Assembly: GCA_963727485.1 (NCBI GenBank) | Contig: CAVSGM010000011.1 | Span: forward strand, 416,001-480,000 | DNA length: 64,000 nucleotides | Direction: 5' to 3' | Origin: an uncultured delta proteobacterium | GTDB taxonomy: Bacteria > Myxococcota > Myxococcia > SLRQ01 | Shown: in pieces, positions 43,901-54,170 of the stretch | Layout of the letters: each line of letters starts with the position of its first letter | Position numbering within the stretch: the first letter of the stretch is position 1 | Program-made: the position numbers and the translations under genes | The notes under the pieces: model-generated | Seen by the model: only the letters and a program-made list of their open reading frames with translations | Told to the model about the DNA's origin: nothing | Database searches by the model: none

Positions 43901-46900
43901 CCAGGACCGCCACCTCGACGATCCGGACGAGGCCGAGGACGCCATCCGCCAGGTCCTGGCCTTCGACCCCGGGAGCGCCCCGGCCCTGGAGGCCCTCGCC
44001 GAGCTCTTCGTCCGGCACCAGAAGACCCGGGACCTCATCGTGGCCCTGGAGCAGAAGCTCGACGCCACCGGCGATCCCGAGGAGCAGAAGACGGTCCTCG
44101 GGCGCATCGCCCAGGTCTACGAGACCGAGCAGGACGACCTCGAGGAGGCCATCGCCACCTGGCGCCGGGTCCTGGAGCTCGACGGCGGCGACCAGGCGGC
44201 CCTCGACGAGCTGGCCCGGATCTTCAAGGGGGGCGAGCGGTGGGCCGAGCTCATCGACACCCTCCAGCGCGCCACCGGGGCCACCGCCGACGCCAGCGCC
44301 CGGGCGGGCCTCCACCGGCGCATCGGCCTGCTCCAGGAGGAGCGCCTCGAGGACGATGAGGCGGCCATCGACGCCTTCCGCGCCGCCCTCGACGCCGACC
44401 CCCGGGACGCCGACGCCCTCTCGGCCCTGGAGCGCATCTACACCCGCCTCGAGCGCTGGGACGCGCTGCTCAAGACCTACGAGGCCGAGGTCGCGGTCAC
44501 CGAGGACGTCGAGGACAAGGTCCGGCTGCTCCTCCGGGTCGCCGCCCTCCAGGAGGACCAGTTCGACAACCCCGACGCGGGCATCGACGCCTTCGAGCGG
44601 GTGCTGGGCCTCGAGGCGGAGAACCTGGTGGCCATCAAGGGCCTGGTGCGCCTCTTCCGCATCACCAGCCGGTGGGAGCGGCTCATCGAGGCCCTCGAGC
44701 GGCAGATCGGCGTGACCCACGATCTCGGCGAGGCGGTGCGCCTCCACATCGAGCTGGGGCAGGTGTGGCACGACCAGCTCACCCGGGTCGACAAGGCCGA
44801 GCAGATCTTCAACCACGCCCTGGAGATCGATCCCGAGTCGCGGCCGGCCCTCCGGGCCCTCGGCAGCCTCTACGAGGGCAGCGGCAACTGGAACCTCGCC
44901 CTGGAGATGATGGACCGCGAGGCCAAGCTCGCGGGGATGGACGACGACGCGGTGGAGCTCTGGTACCGCATGGGTCGCATCCAGGAGGACATGCTCCTCG
45001 ACGGCGCCGCCGCCCGGGCCGCCTACGAGCAGGCCCTCGACATCGAGCCCGGCTACATCCCGGCGATCCAGTCCCTGAAGAACCTCGCCGAGCTCGACAA
45101 GGACTGGGACAAGTACCTCGAGTCGCTGGTCCAGGAGGCCAAGCACACCGCCGACCTCTCGGAGAAGACGCGGCTCCTCTTCCAGATCGGCGAGTTCTAC
45201 CGGGACCAGCGCGAGGACTCCAAGAGCGCCCTGCGCTACTTCGAGGAGGCCCTCCAGAAGACCGAGGACGACGTCCCGGCGGCGGAGGCGGCCTCGGCGA
45301 TCCACCTGGCGAACGAGAACTTCGACCGGGCCGAGCAGCTCTTGGTCATCGTCTGCCACGGCCACGCCGAGGCCGGGCTCGAGGCGCAGGCCCTGTGCCA
45401 GTGGTGGTACAAGCTCGGCTACGTCCGGCAGAAGCTCAAGCGCACCGACGAGGCCCTCGACGCCTACCGGCGCGCCTACGACTGCGACTCGACCTACCTC
45501 CCGGCCCTCGAGGGGCTGGGCGCCGCCCTGGTCCAGGCGAAGCGCTGGGACGAGGCGCTTAAGATCTTCCAGACCATCCTCATCCACCACCGCGAGAGCG
45601 TCACCGACTTCGAGGTGGTCGAGTACTACTGGCAGCTCGGCGAGATCAACCGCCACCTCGAGCAGGTGGACCGGGCGATCAAGAACTTCGAGAAGGCCCT
45701 CGAGATCGACCCGGATCACGAGGCGGCCCTCACCGGGATCATCCGCCTCCACGAGGAGCGCGAGGAGTTCGACGAGGCCCTCGAGTACCGCCAGCGCCTC
45801 CTCGAGGCCCTCGAGGGGGACGCCCGCTACGAGATGCTGCTCGCCATCGGGCGCCTGGCCCGGGAGAAGCTCGAGGATCCCTACCAGGCCGTCGATGCCT
45901 ACCTCGGGGCCCACAAGCTCAAGGCCGAGGCGGTGGCGCCCCTGGAGAGCCTGCTGGTCCTCTACCGGGAGACGCGCCAGTCGGCCCGGGCGGTGGAGGT
46001 CCTGGAGAAGCTCCTCGACCGCGAGGAGATCCAGCAGGACAAGGGCCGGGCCCGGCGCTACCACTTCAACCTCGGCGAGCTGCTGCGCGACGACCTCAAG
46101 GACGTCGAGGGGGCGCTCGCCCACTTCGACGCCGCCCTCGACGTCGACTACACCTTCGCCAAGGCGTTCGTGGCCATCGAGGAGATCCTGGGGAAGGCGC
46201 GGCGGTTCTCCGACCTGGAGCAGGCCTACGTCCGCATGGTCCAGCGGATCCCCAAGACCCCCCAGACCCACGCGGCGCGCATGGGCCTGTGGAAGACCCT
46301 GGGCGAGCTCTACCGCAAGGTCCTCAAGAACCTCGACGGGGCCATCGCCGCCTACCAGGTGGTGTGCAAGGGCGACAAGGACGACACCGACGCGGTGGAG
46401 ATCCTCGCCGAGCTGCTGGCCCAGAAGCCCGGGGCCGAGAAGCAGGCCGCCGAGGCCTTCCACCAGGCCCTCAAGGTCACCAGCGAGCCCACCCGGGTCG
46501 CCCGGGCGCTGCTGCGCCTCTACTCGGCGGAGAAGAACTACGACAAGGCCTACGGGGTGGCGGCGGTCATCGTCCACCTCCTCGGCGACCCCGAGCCCGA
46601 CGAGCAGCGCCTCTACGATCGCCTCAAGCCCTACGCCAAGGACCAGGCCCAGCGCACCCTCACCGACCGGCTCTGGGAGCAGCACCTCTACCACGAGAAG
46701 CTCAGGGGCCCGGTCGCCGACATCCTCGCCATCCTCTACGAGCAGGCGGGCAGCCAGCTCGCCGCCGATCCCAAGGATCTGGGCTTGAGCCCCAGGCGCG
46801 ACCTGGTCGACCCGGCGTCGTCGATGCTCTACTTCGCCAACATGTACCGCTACGTCGGCGGGGTGCTGGGGATGGAGGGCGTGCCCCTCTACAAGCAGGC

Positions 46901-47480
46901 CCAGCAGGGCGAGGGGCTGGCGGTGGCGTTCACCTGGCCGCTCTCGCTCATCGCCAACGAGGAGATGCTCGGGCGCGCCAAGAAGCGGCAGCTGTGGTTC
47001 ACCATCGCCAAGGCGCTGGCCTTCACCCGCCCCGAGCTGGCGCTGGGGCGCACCCACTCCCTCGAGGACCTCGACCTGCTCATCCAGGCGGCGGCGTCGC
47101 TGGTGAACCCGGGCTTCCCGGTGAGCCTCGATCCCCGCGAGGTGCAGAAGGTCCAGAAGAAGCTCCAGCGGGGGCTCTCGCCCGAGGCCACCAGCGCCCT
47201 GGCCCGGGTGGTGCGGGGCTGGCGGCCCGACAAGGCGCTGGCCGATCTGCGGTCCTACGCCGAGGGGGTGGAGCACACGGCCAACCGCGCCGGGATCCTC
47301 CTCGCCGGTGACGTCGAGGTCGCCCGGGCCTGCCTCATGGAGGACCGGGGCGGGGCGGCGAAGCTGCCGCTTCGGACCAAGGTCCGGGAGCTGGTGATGT
47401 TCTGCCTCTCGGAGGCCTACTTCCAGCTTCGAGAGGAGCTGGGGATCGCCCTCCAGATCCCCGGGCAGGGTCGTTCGTAG
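34982..47480 (+). CDS. gltI: Giant cytoplasmic TPR protein GltI (AgmK), about 4165 aa; +1 frameshift at 35203-35204
   Basis: ATG at 34982 (MEDQILGY...). Removing one T (gattcgg to gatcgg) joins it to ORF 35169..47480. Dozens of acidic TPR-like repeats; C-terminal TANRAGILLAGD...SEAYFQLREELG. Confidence 0.85.
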
Positions 47481-47537
47481 TGGAGAAAAGTGCCCGGGCG
47501 CCGCGGGGTTCCACGTTGGACGCCAGCCCGGGGCCAA

Positions 47538-47546
47538 TGGTAGCGT
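47538..47546 (+). promoter_or_regulatory. Putative extended -10 promoter before gltJ
   Basis: TGgTAGCGT, with TGGACG 18 nt upstream of the hexamer. Confidence 0.3.
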
Positions 47547-47592
47547 CTAGCCGATTCGCCCCACCACCGGGGCCTGAAGCCGAGAGCCGAAG

Positions 47593-49674
47593 ATGAAGTT
47601 CGTGTGTGACAGCTGCGGCGCCCAGTACATGATCGCCGACGACAAGGTCGGGGCGAAGGGCGTGAAGGTGCGCTGCAAGAAGTGCTCGCACGTGATCCTG
47701 GTGCAGCCGGCCCCCACCGACGCCGGCGCCGACGCCACGGTGGTCCTCTCGAACCCCCTGGCGGATCTCGGCGGCGACGACGCCGACGTCCCCACCGCCT
47801 TCGAGGGCGAGGCGGCCGAGGCGGAGATCGGCGCGGCCTTCGACACCATCTTCGGCGACGGCGGCGCGCCCGACGGAGACGAGGCCGAGGCAGCGGCCAG
47901 CCCCGAGGCCTCCGGGGCCCCGGGCGATCCCTTCTCCTCGGCGGTGGACGACGCCTTCGCCGCGGCCCTCGCCGGCTCCCCGGTCGACGACGGCCCCGAC
48001 GACCACGCGGCGACCCGGGTGTTCACCAGCCACGACATCCAGCGGGTGGCCCAGGAGCGGGAGATCGCCCAGCCCGAGGACGAGGACGAGGGCGCCTTCG
48101 AGGACGAGGCGCCGGCGCCGGCGGTGGTCGGCGAGGCCGCCGAGGGCGAGGCCGAGTGGTACGCGGCGATCCACGAGGAGCAGGTGGGGCCCCTGACCCC
48201 CGACGAGATCCAGGACCACTGGGAGAGCGGCGACCTCTCCCCCGACTCCCTGGTGTGGAAGACCGGCATGGCCGACTGGGCGCCCCTGTCCACGGTCGAC
48301 GCCCTCAAGGACCGCATCGTCCCCACCCCGGCGTCGCCCGGCTACGTCGCCCCGGAGCCCGAGCCCGAACCGGCCCCGGCCGCCGCGGCCCCGGCCGAGG
48401 ACGAGGCCCCGGAGTGGAAGCCCGCCGCCGCCTCGCTCCTGGCCTCCCTGGCCGCCGAGGAGATGGAGGCCCTGGACCAGCAGGAGCAGGAGCCGGCCCT
48501 GGCGGCGCCCACCGCCGACCCGGTGGCCCTGCCTCCGGAGCCCGAGCCGGCGCCCGCGTCCAGCGGCAGCGCCCTCGGCCTCGACCTCGACCTCCCGCCG
48601 CCCCCGGCGCCGCCCCCTGAGGCCCCGGTCCTGGCCCCGGCGGCCGCGGCGCCCCAGGCACCCGCGCCGGCCTACACCCCGGCCCCGGGCCATGCCCCCG
48701 CCTACGCCGACCCGGCGCCCCGGCCCCCGACCTACACCGGCATGGCCGCCGCCGCCGCCGCGGCCCCTGCGGGGCACGGGCTGAGCTCCGGCCGGCTCCT
48801 GGCCATCGGCGGGGGCCTGGTGGTCCTCACCGTGGCCCTGGTCTTCGGGGGGCTCGCCATGGCCGGCGTGTTCTCCCACGGCGGGCAGACGGCCAAGGCC
48901 GAGGAGAACGCCCCGGCGACCAAGACCGTCGCGGCCAACGACGCCCACGCCAAGACCCCGCCGGCACCGGCCCAGGCCGCCGGCCAGGCGAAGACCGCGG
49001 CCCCGGCCAAGGCGGCTGAGCCGGCGAAGGCGTCCGCGCCCAAGGCCGCCGCCGTCGCCGTCGCCGCCAAGACCCCGGCCAAGGCCCCCGAGGCGGCACC
49101 CGCCCCGAAGGCCGAGCCCCACCACGAGACCCGGGTGGCCAGCCACCGGTCCCGGCGCCACCGCACCCCGCGGCACACCCGGGAGCGGAAGCCTCGGCGG
49201 GTCGCCGCGGCGGCCCCCGAGCACCACGCGGCCCGTCACGCCGCCAGCTCGGGGGGCGGCGACAGCGACCTCGAGGCGGCGATCTTCGGCGACTCCGGCT
49301 CCGGCAGCGGCAGCAGCGGGGGCGGCAGCGCCCCGAAGCACACCTCCCACCGGCCCGCGGCCTACATCCCGCCGGCGCCCGGGAGCGGCCGGAACCTGCC
49401 CCGGGCCCTGGGGCAGGGCGAGATCATCCAGGTGGTGGCCCAGCACACCCCGTCGCTGCGCCGGTGCACCCAGGCCACCTCCGGCGCCCACGGCCGCCTG
49501 GTCATGTCCTGGCGCATCCGTCCCACCGGGCGCTCCTCCAGCGTGACCTGTGTGACCCGGTCGCTGCGCCACTCGACCCTCTGCTCCTGCATCACCCGGG
49601 TCATCAAGGGCATGCGCTTCCCGCCCTACGGTGGGCCCCAGATGCCGGCCATCGAGTTCCCCTTCAACTTCTAG
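47593..49674 (+). CDS. gltJ: GltJ (AgmX): zinc ribbon, GYF-like domain, TM helix and TonB-C-like domain
   Basis: MKFVCDSCGAQYMIADDKV...KVRCKKC zinc ribbon; WYAAI...QVGP...VWKTGMADW GYF_2 pattern; single TM; C-terminal ...IEFPFNF. Confidence 0.9.
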   Translation: MKFVCDSCGAQYMIADDKVGAKGVKVRCKKCSHVILVQPAPTDAGADATVVLSNPLADLGGDDADVPTAFEGEAAEAEIGAAFDTIFGDGGAPDGDEAEAAASPEASGAPGDPFSSAVDDAFAAALAGSPVDDGPDDHAATRVFTSHDIQRVAQEREIAQPEDEDEGAFEDEAPAPAVVGEAAEGEAEWYAAIHEEQVGPLTPDEIQDHWESGDLSPDSLVWKTGMADWAPLSTVDALKDRIVPTPASPGYVAPEPEPEPAPAAAAPAEDEAPEWKPAAASLLASLAAEEMEALDQQEQEPALAAPTADPVALPPEPEPAPASSGSALGLDLDLPPPPAPPPEAPVLAPAAAAPQAPAPAYTPAPGHAPAYADPAPRPPTYTGMAAAAAAAPAGHGLSSGRLLAIGGGLVVLTVALVFGGLAMAGVFSHGGQTAKAEENAPATKTVAANDAHAKTPPAPAQAAGQAKTAAPAKAAEPAKASAPKAAAVAVAAKTPAKAPEAAPAPKAEPHHETRVASHRSRRHRTPRHTRERKPRRVAAAAPEHHAARHAASSGGGDSDLEAAIFGDSGSGSGSSGGGSAPKHTSHRPAAYIPPAPGSGRNLPRALGQGEIIQVVAQHTPSLRRCTQATSGAHGRLVMSWRIRPTGRSSSVTCVTRSLRHSTLCSCITRVIKGMRFPPYGGPQMPAIEFPFNF

Positions 49675-49806
49675 GCGGAGCGCTCGGGCCCGGTGGGCGC
49701 GCCAGGACACCGGCGTCGCCTCCTGGGGATCCGGCGCTCCCGGGACGCGCGGTCCCCAGGCAGCGGGTGAGCCGCGGCGACCCCGCCAGACGAACGGAGC
49801 CTTCCC

Positions 49807-51939
49807 ATGCCCAAGACCCCCGACGTCGACGACGGTGCCACCCTCCCGAACGCGGAGGCCGAGCACACCACCGTGGGACCCGCCCTCGGCGCCCACGACG
49901 ACGGCCTCGACGAGATCGAGGAGATCTCCCCCGACGAGCTTGCCGGGGCCCGGGGTGGGGCACCGGCCGTCGAGGGACGGCAGGTGGCCCAGGGCGAGAA
50001 GGTGACCCTCGGCGCCCCGCCGCCCCCGGACGCGGGCCCGGAGAAGACCCGGGTGGCCTCCCTCGACGCCCTCGACGCGCCGCCGGCGCCCGACGACCAC
50101 CAGGCCACCATGATCATGGACAACCCCCTGGCGGCGAAGGGCAAGGCCGGGCGGGGCCGCCTGGTGGTGGTCGCCGGGAAGGCCGAGGGCGAGCACTTCG
50201 ACCTGGGTGACGGGACGAGGGTCCTGGGCCGGAGCCGGGACGCGGACATCTGCCTCCTCGACATCCAGGCCTCCCGGCGCCACGCCGAGGTGGTGGTCGA
50301 CGCGAGGGGGGCGCGGGTCCGGGACCTGGGCAGCGGCAACGGCACCCTCGTCAACGGGGCGCCGGTGACCGAGCTCGAGCTCGCCGACGGCGACGAGATC
50401 GCCATCGGCGACCACGTCCTGCGCTACGAGGCCCCCGGTGGGGCCGGGGGCGCCCTGGCCCGGGTCGACGCCTCGGCGTCTCCGGGCACCTCGGTGGCCG
50501 CGGCGCCCCTGGTGCCCTCGGTGGCCTCGGTGCGGCGCGCCCGGCGGAACGCCGCCAGCGCCGCCAAGCCCCGGGGCAAGGGCCTGCGCCTCGCCCTGGT
50601 CGGGGTGGGGGTGCTCCTGGTGGCGCTCCTGGGGGTGAAGCTGGCGCTCGGGCCCGCGACCCCGGCCCAGCCCGCGACGCCCGCCCCGTCCCCGGCGACC
50701 ACCGCCGAGAGCGACTTCGAGGCGGGGCTGGCCCTGTTCAAGCAGGGCGCCTACCCCGACGCCCTGGCGAAGTTCCAGTCGGCGAGCCAGGCGGACCCCC
50801 ACCTCGGCAAGGCCAAGGAGTACGTGAAGGCCACCCGGCGGGAGATGGCCGCGGCGGCGTCCATCAAGCAGGGCAAGGCCCTCCTCGCCGCCGGGAAGTA
50901 CGACGAGGCCCGAGCGGCCTTCCAGGCGGTGGACAGCGACAGCCTCCGCTACGCCGACGCCGAGGCGGGGCTGAAGCGGGTGTCCGAGGCCCAGGGCGGC
51001 GAGGCCACCGGCCAGGGGCAGCAGGGCCTCGACGCCACCCGGCACAAGCTCGACGACCTGGTGGCCAAGGTGAAGGGCATCGCCGGGGGACCCGGGAGCA
51101 ACAAGGACAAGCGCCAGGCCTTCACCGACGCCATCGCGGCCCTCGGCGCCCTCGGCGGCACCCTCGACGCCCCGTCCCAGGCCTTCGCCCACGCCCTGGC
51201 GGTCTCCCCCGACGACGCCCGGGCCAAGGCCGGCCAGGCGGCCGTCACGCAGCTCAAGCAGGACCTCGGTGACAAGCAGGCGTGGGCCCAGCACCAGTTC
51301 GACGCCTGGAAGCGGGGCAACGCGATCAAGTCCAAGGAGAACCATGTCGCCTACGTCCGGCGGATGCTGGCGCCGGGGATCCACCAGTTCGACCAGGGGG
51401 AGTTCCGCCAGGCGGCGACCACCTTCACCAAGCTCGCCGGCGGCACCACCGACCCCGACGTCAAGCGCCTCGCGGGGCGGAAGGCGGCGGCGATCAAGCG
51501 CTTCCTCCCGGCCTACTCCCGGGGGATGGCGGCGCCGGCGAACCGGCCCTCGCCCGGGGCCCTCAAGGCCCTGTCCATCGCCTACACCCAGGCGGGCGTG
51601 GTGGACGCCGGGAGCCCGGTGCTGGCGAAGGTCCAGAAGCAGCTGGGGAACCGCTACTACCTGAAGGGCCGGGTGTCCTACAACGCCAAGCGCTACGCCG
51701 ACGCCTACCAGGCCTGGGGCCGGGCCCTGCACTTCGATCCGGACCAGAACCTCGCGCACAAGGGGCTCAAGGACCTCAAGGACCTGGCGAAGAAGCTCTA
51801 CCTCCAGGCCTACGTGCAGAAGGCCCTGAACCGGAACCGGGCCATCGCCACCTGGAAGCAGGTCATCCAGATGACCCCGGCGACCGACTCCTACCACCAG
51901 AAGGCCGAGCAGCGCCTCCAGGAGCTGGGCGTGAAGTAG
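49807..51939 (+). CDS. FHA domain / TM / TPR protein (paralogue 1)
   Basis: FHA motifs GRS...SRRHA...DLGSGNGT; hydrophobic helix; TPR-like C-terminal region; GGAG RBS. Confidence 0.85.
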   Translation: MPKTPDVDDGATLPNAEAEHTTVGPALGAHDDGLDEIEEISPDELAGARGGAPAVEGRQVAQGEKVTLGAPPPPDAGPEKTRVASLDALDAPPAPDDHQATMIMDNPLAAKGKAGRGRLVVVAGKAEGEHFDLGDGTRVLGRSRDADICLLDIQASRRHAEVVVDARGARVRDLGSGNGTLVNGAPVTELELADGDEIAIGDHVLRYEAPGGAGGALARVDASASPGTSVAAAPLVPSVASVRRARRNAASAAKPRGKGLRLALVGVGVLLVALLGVKLALGPATPAQPATPAPSPATTAESDFEAGLALFKQGAYPDALAKFQSASQADPHLGKAKEYVKATRREMAAAASIKQGKALLAAGKYDEARAAFQAVDSDSLRYADAEAGLKRVSEAQGGEATGQGQQGLDATRHKLDDLVAKVKGIAGGPGSNKDKRQAFTDAIAALGALGGTLDAPSQAFAHALAVSPDDARAKAGQAAVTQLKQDLGDKQAWAQHQFDAWKRGNAIKSKENHVAYVRRMLAPGIHQFDQGEFRQAATTFTKLAGGTTDPDVKRLAGRKAAAIKRFLPAYSRGMAAPANRPSPGALKALSIAYTQAGVVDAGSPVLAKVQKQLGNRYYLKGRVSYNAKRYADAYQAWGRALHFDPDQNLAHKGLKDLKDLAKKLYLQAYVQKALNRNRAIATWKQVIQMTPATDSYHQKAEQRLQELGVK

Positions 51940-51965
51940 CGCGTAGGGGGCGGCCAGTTGACGGC

Positions 51966-51994
51966 TTGACACCCCAAGTACCCGCTTCTACGCT
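51966..51994 (+). promoter_or_regulatory. Sigma70-type promoter for FHA paralogue 2
   Basis: TTGACA-17 nt-TACGCT in the intergenic gap. Confidence 0.6.
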
Positions 51995-52052
51995 CGTTCA
52001 GGGCGGTCGCCGACGCGGCCCACGGGACCCTCCAGCAAGCGGGAAGTATTGG

Positions 52053-54153
52053 ATGCCGAAGCGTTCACAGCGTGCCGACGACGGGACCGACCCGGCCATC
52101 TCCGCTCCGGAGACCACGGCGGTCGGGCCCGCCCCCACGGATGACCTCGACGACGAGATCGAGGAGATCAGTCCCGACGAGATCGGCGCCGCCCGCGGTG
52201 GGACCGACCCCGCGGGGCCGAGGGTCGTCCCCGGCCGCAAGGTGACCCTGGGCGCGCCTCCCCCGGCCGCGGGCCCGGAGAAGACCCGCGTCGCCTCCAT
52301 CGACGACATCGCCCCGCCGGAATCCCCCGGGGCCGGCGAGCCCCGAGAAGACCATGATCATGCAGAACCCGACCCTGACGCCGGATCCGGCCGATGGGCA
52401 CGAGGCCACCATGATCATGGCCAACCCCCTCGACACCGGGCGACCCAAGGAGGTGAGCCGGGGAAAGCTCATCGTGGTCGCCGGCAAGGAAGAGGGGCAG
52501 ACCTTCGACCTCACCGACGGCACCCGGGTGGTGGGCCGCAGCCGGGAGGCGGACATCTGCCTGCTCGACATCCAGGTGTCCCGCCGTCACGCCGAGGTGG
52601 TCGCCGACCGCAACGGCGTCCTGGTCCGGGACCTGGGCAGCGGCAACGGCACCCTCGTCAACGGTGAGGCGATCACCGAGACCCGCCTGGTCCACGGCGA
52701 CGAGGTGGCCATCGGGGATCACGTCCTGCGCTTCGAGGAGGACGGACCGGTGGCCCAGGCCCTGGCCCCGGTGGGGCGCCGGGGCGGCCTCCCCAGCCCG
52801 CGCACCTCCATGGGGGCGGTGGCGCCGGCGGCGGTGCCCTCGGTGGCGGCGGTGCGGCGCGCCCGGCGCGGCGGGGGCGGCGGCCTCGATCCCAGGAAGA
52901 AGCGCCTGATGATCATCGGCGGCGCGGTCGGCGGGCTGCTCCTGCTCCTCCTGGTGATCAAGCTCGCCACCGGCTCCTCCAGCGGCGACCAGGCGGCCCA
53001 GCAGTCGGCGCCCGCGGCCACCGCCGAGACCGACTTCGACGCCGGCCTCAGCCTCTTCAAGAAGGGCGCCTACGAGGACGCCCTCGCCAAGTTCGAGGCC
53101 TCGGCCCAGGCCGATCCCAACCTGGGGAAGGCCAAGGAGTACGTGAAGGCCACCAAGCGCGAGATGGCCGCCGCCGCGGCGATCCAGCGCGGGGACGGGC
53201 TCCTCGCCGACGGGAAGTTCGACGAGGCCCGGGCCGCCTACCAGGCGGTGTCCAGCGACAGCCTCCGCTACGGGGACGCCCAGGCGGCCCTCAAGCGCGT
53301 CGACTCGGCCCAGGCCCGCAAGGCGGTGGAGGCCGGCCAGCAGATCCTCGACGGCTCCGACCTCGACCAGGAGAAGCTCGCCGACGCCGCCTCGGCCTTC
53401 AACCGGGCCCTGGCCATCCTCCCCGACGACACGGACGCCAAGGCCGGCCTCCAGCAGGTGGACCAGAAGCGCCAGGATCTCCAGCACGAGGTGGCGATGA
53501 CCGCCGCCCAGCGGCGGGCCCTGGCGCGCAAGCGGCGGGCCGAGGCCCTGGCCCATCACAAGGCGGCGATCCGCCGGGCGCTGGCCGCGGGGGTGAGCCA
53601 GTTCGACCGGGGGGACTTCCACCGGGCGGTGACCACGTTCCAGAACCTGGCCAACACCGCCAGCGACCGCACCGTGCGGCGGCTGGCGTCCAAGAAGGTC
53701 CGGGCCCTCCGGCGCTTCCTGCCCGCCTACAACAAGGGGATGTCGGCGCCGTCGAACCGGCCGTCGCCGGCGGCGCTCTCGGCGCTGGCCACCGCCTTCC
53801 GCCAGGCGGCGGTCATCGACTCGAACAGCCCCATTCGCAACAAGATCCAGAAGAAGCTGGGGAACCTCTACTACCTGAAGGGGCGCGTGTCCTACAACGC
53901 GCGCCGCTACCCCGACGCCTACGACGCCTGGACCCGGGCCCTGCACTTCGATCCCGGCCAGAGCCTGGCGCGCAAGGGGCTCGGCGATCTCAAGGGCCTC
54001 GCCAAGAAGCTCTACCTCCAGGCCTACATCCAGAAGTCGGTGAACCGCTCCCAGGCGATCCGGGAGTGGAAGCAGGTCGTGGCCATGACCCCGGCCAGCG
54101 ACTCCTACCACCAGAAGGCCGAGCAGCGCCTCCAAGAGAACGGCGCCCAGTAG
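52053..54153 (+). CDS. FHA domain / TM / TPR protein (paralogue 2); +1 frameshift at 52321-52322
   Basis: The frame starting MPKRSQRADDG at 52053 parallels paralogue 1 (DEIEEISPDE, KVTLGAPPP, GPEKTRVAS). Removing one A joins it to ORF 52354..54153. Confidence 0.82.
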
Positions 54154-54170
54154 CCACCCAAGGGGGGGCC

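Noticed and set aside
34785..47537. 4250-aa ORF on the minus strand
   Set aside because: Antisense shadow of gltI. Strong GC bias at third codon positions keeps the opposite frame open, and the translation has no recognisable motifs.
49807..54153. Assembly duplication as the explanation for the two FHA genes
   Set aside because: The copies differ by many substitutions and indels and have unrelated central segments, so they are true paralogues.
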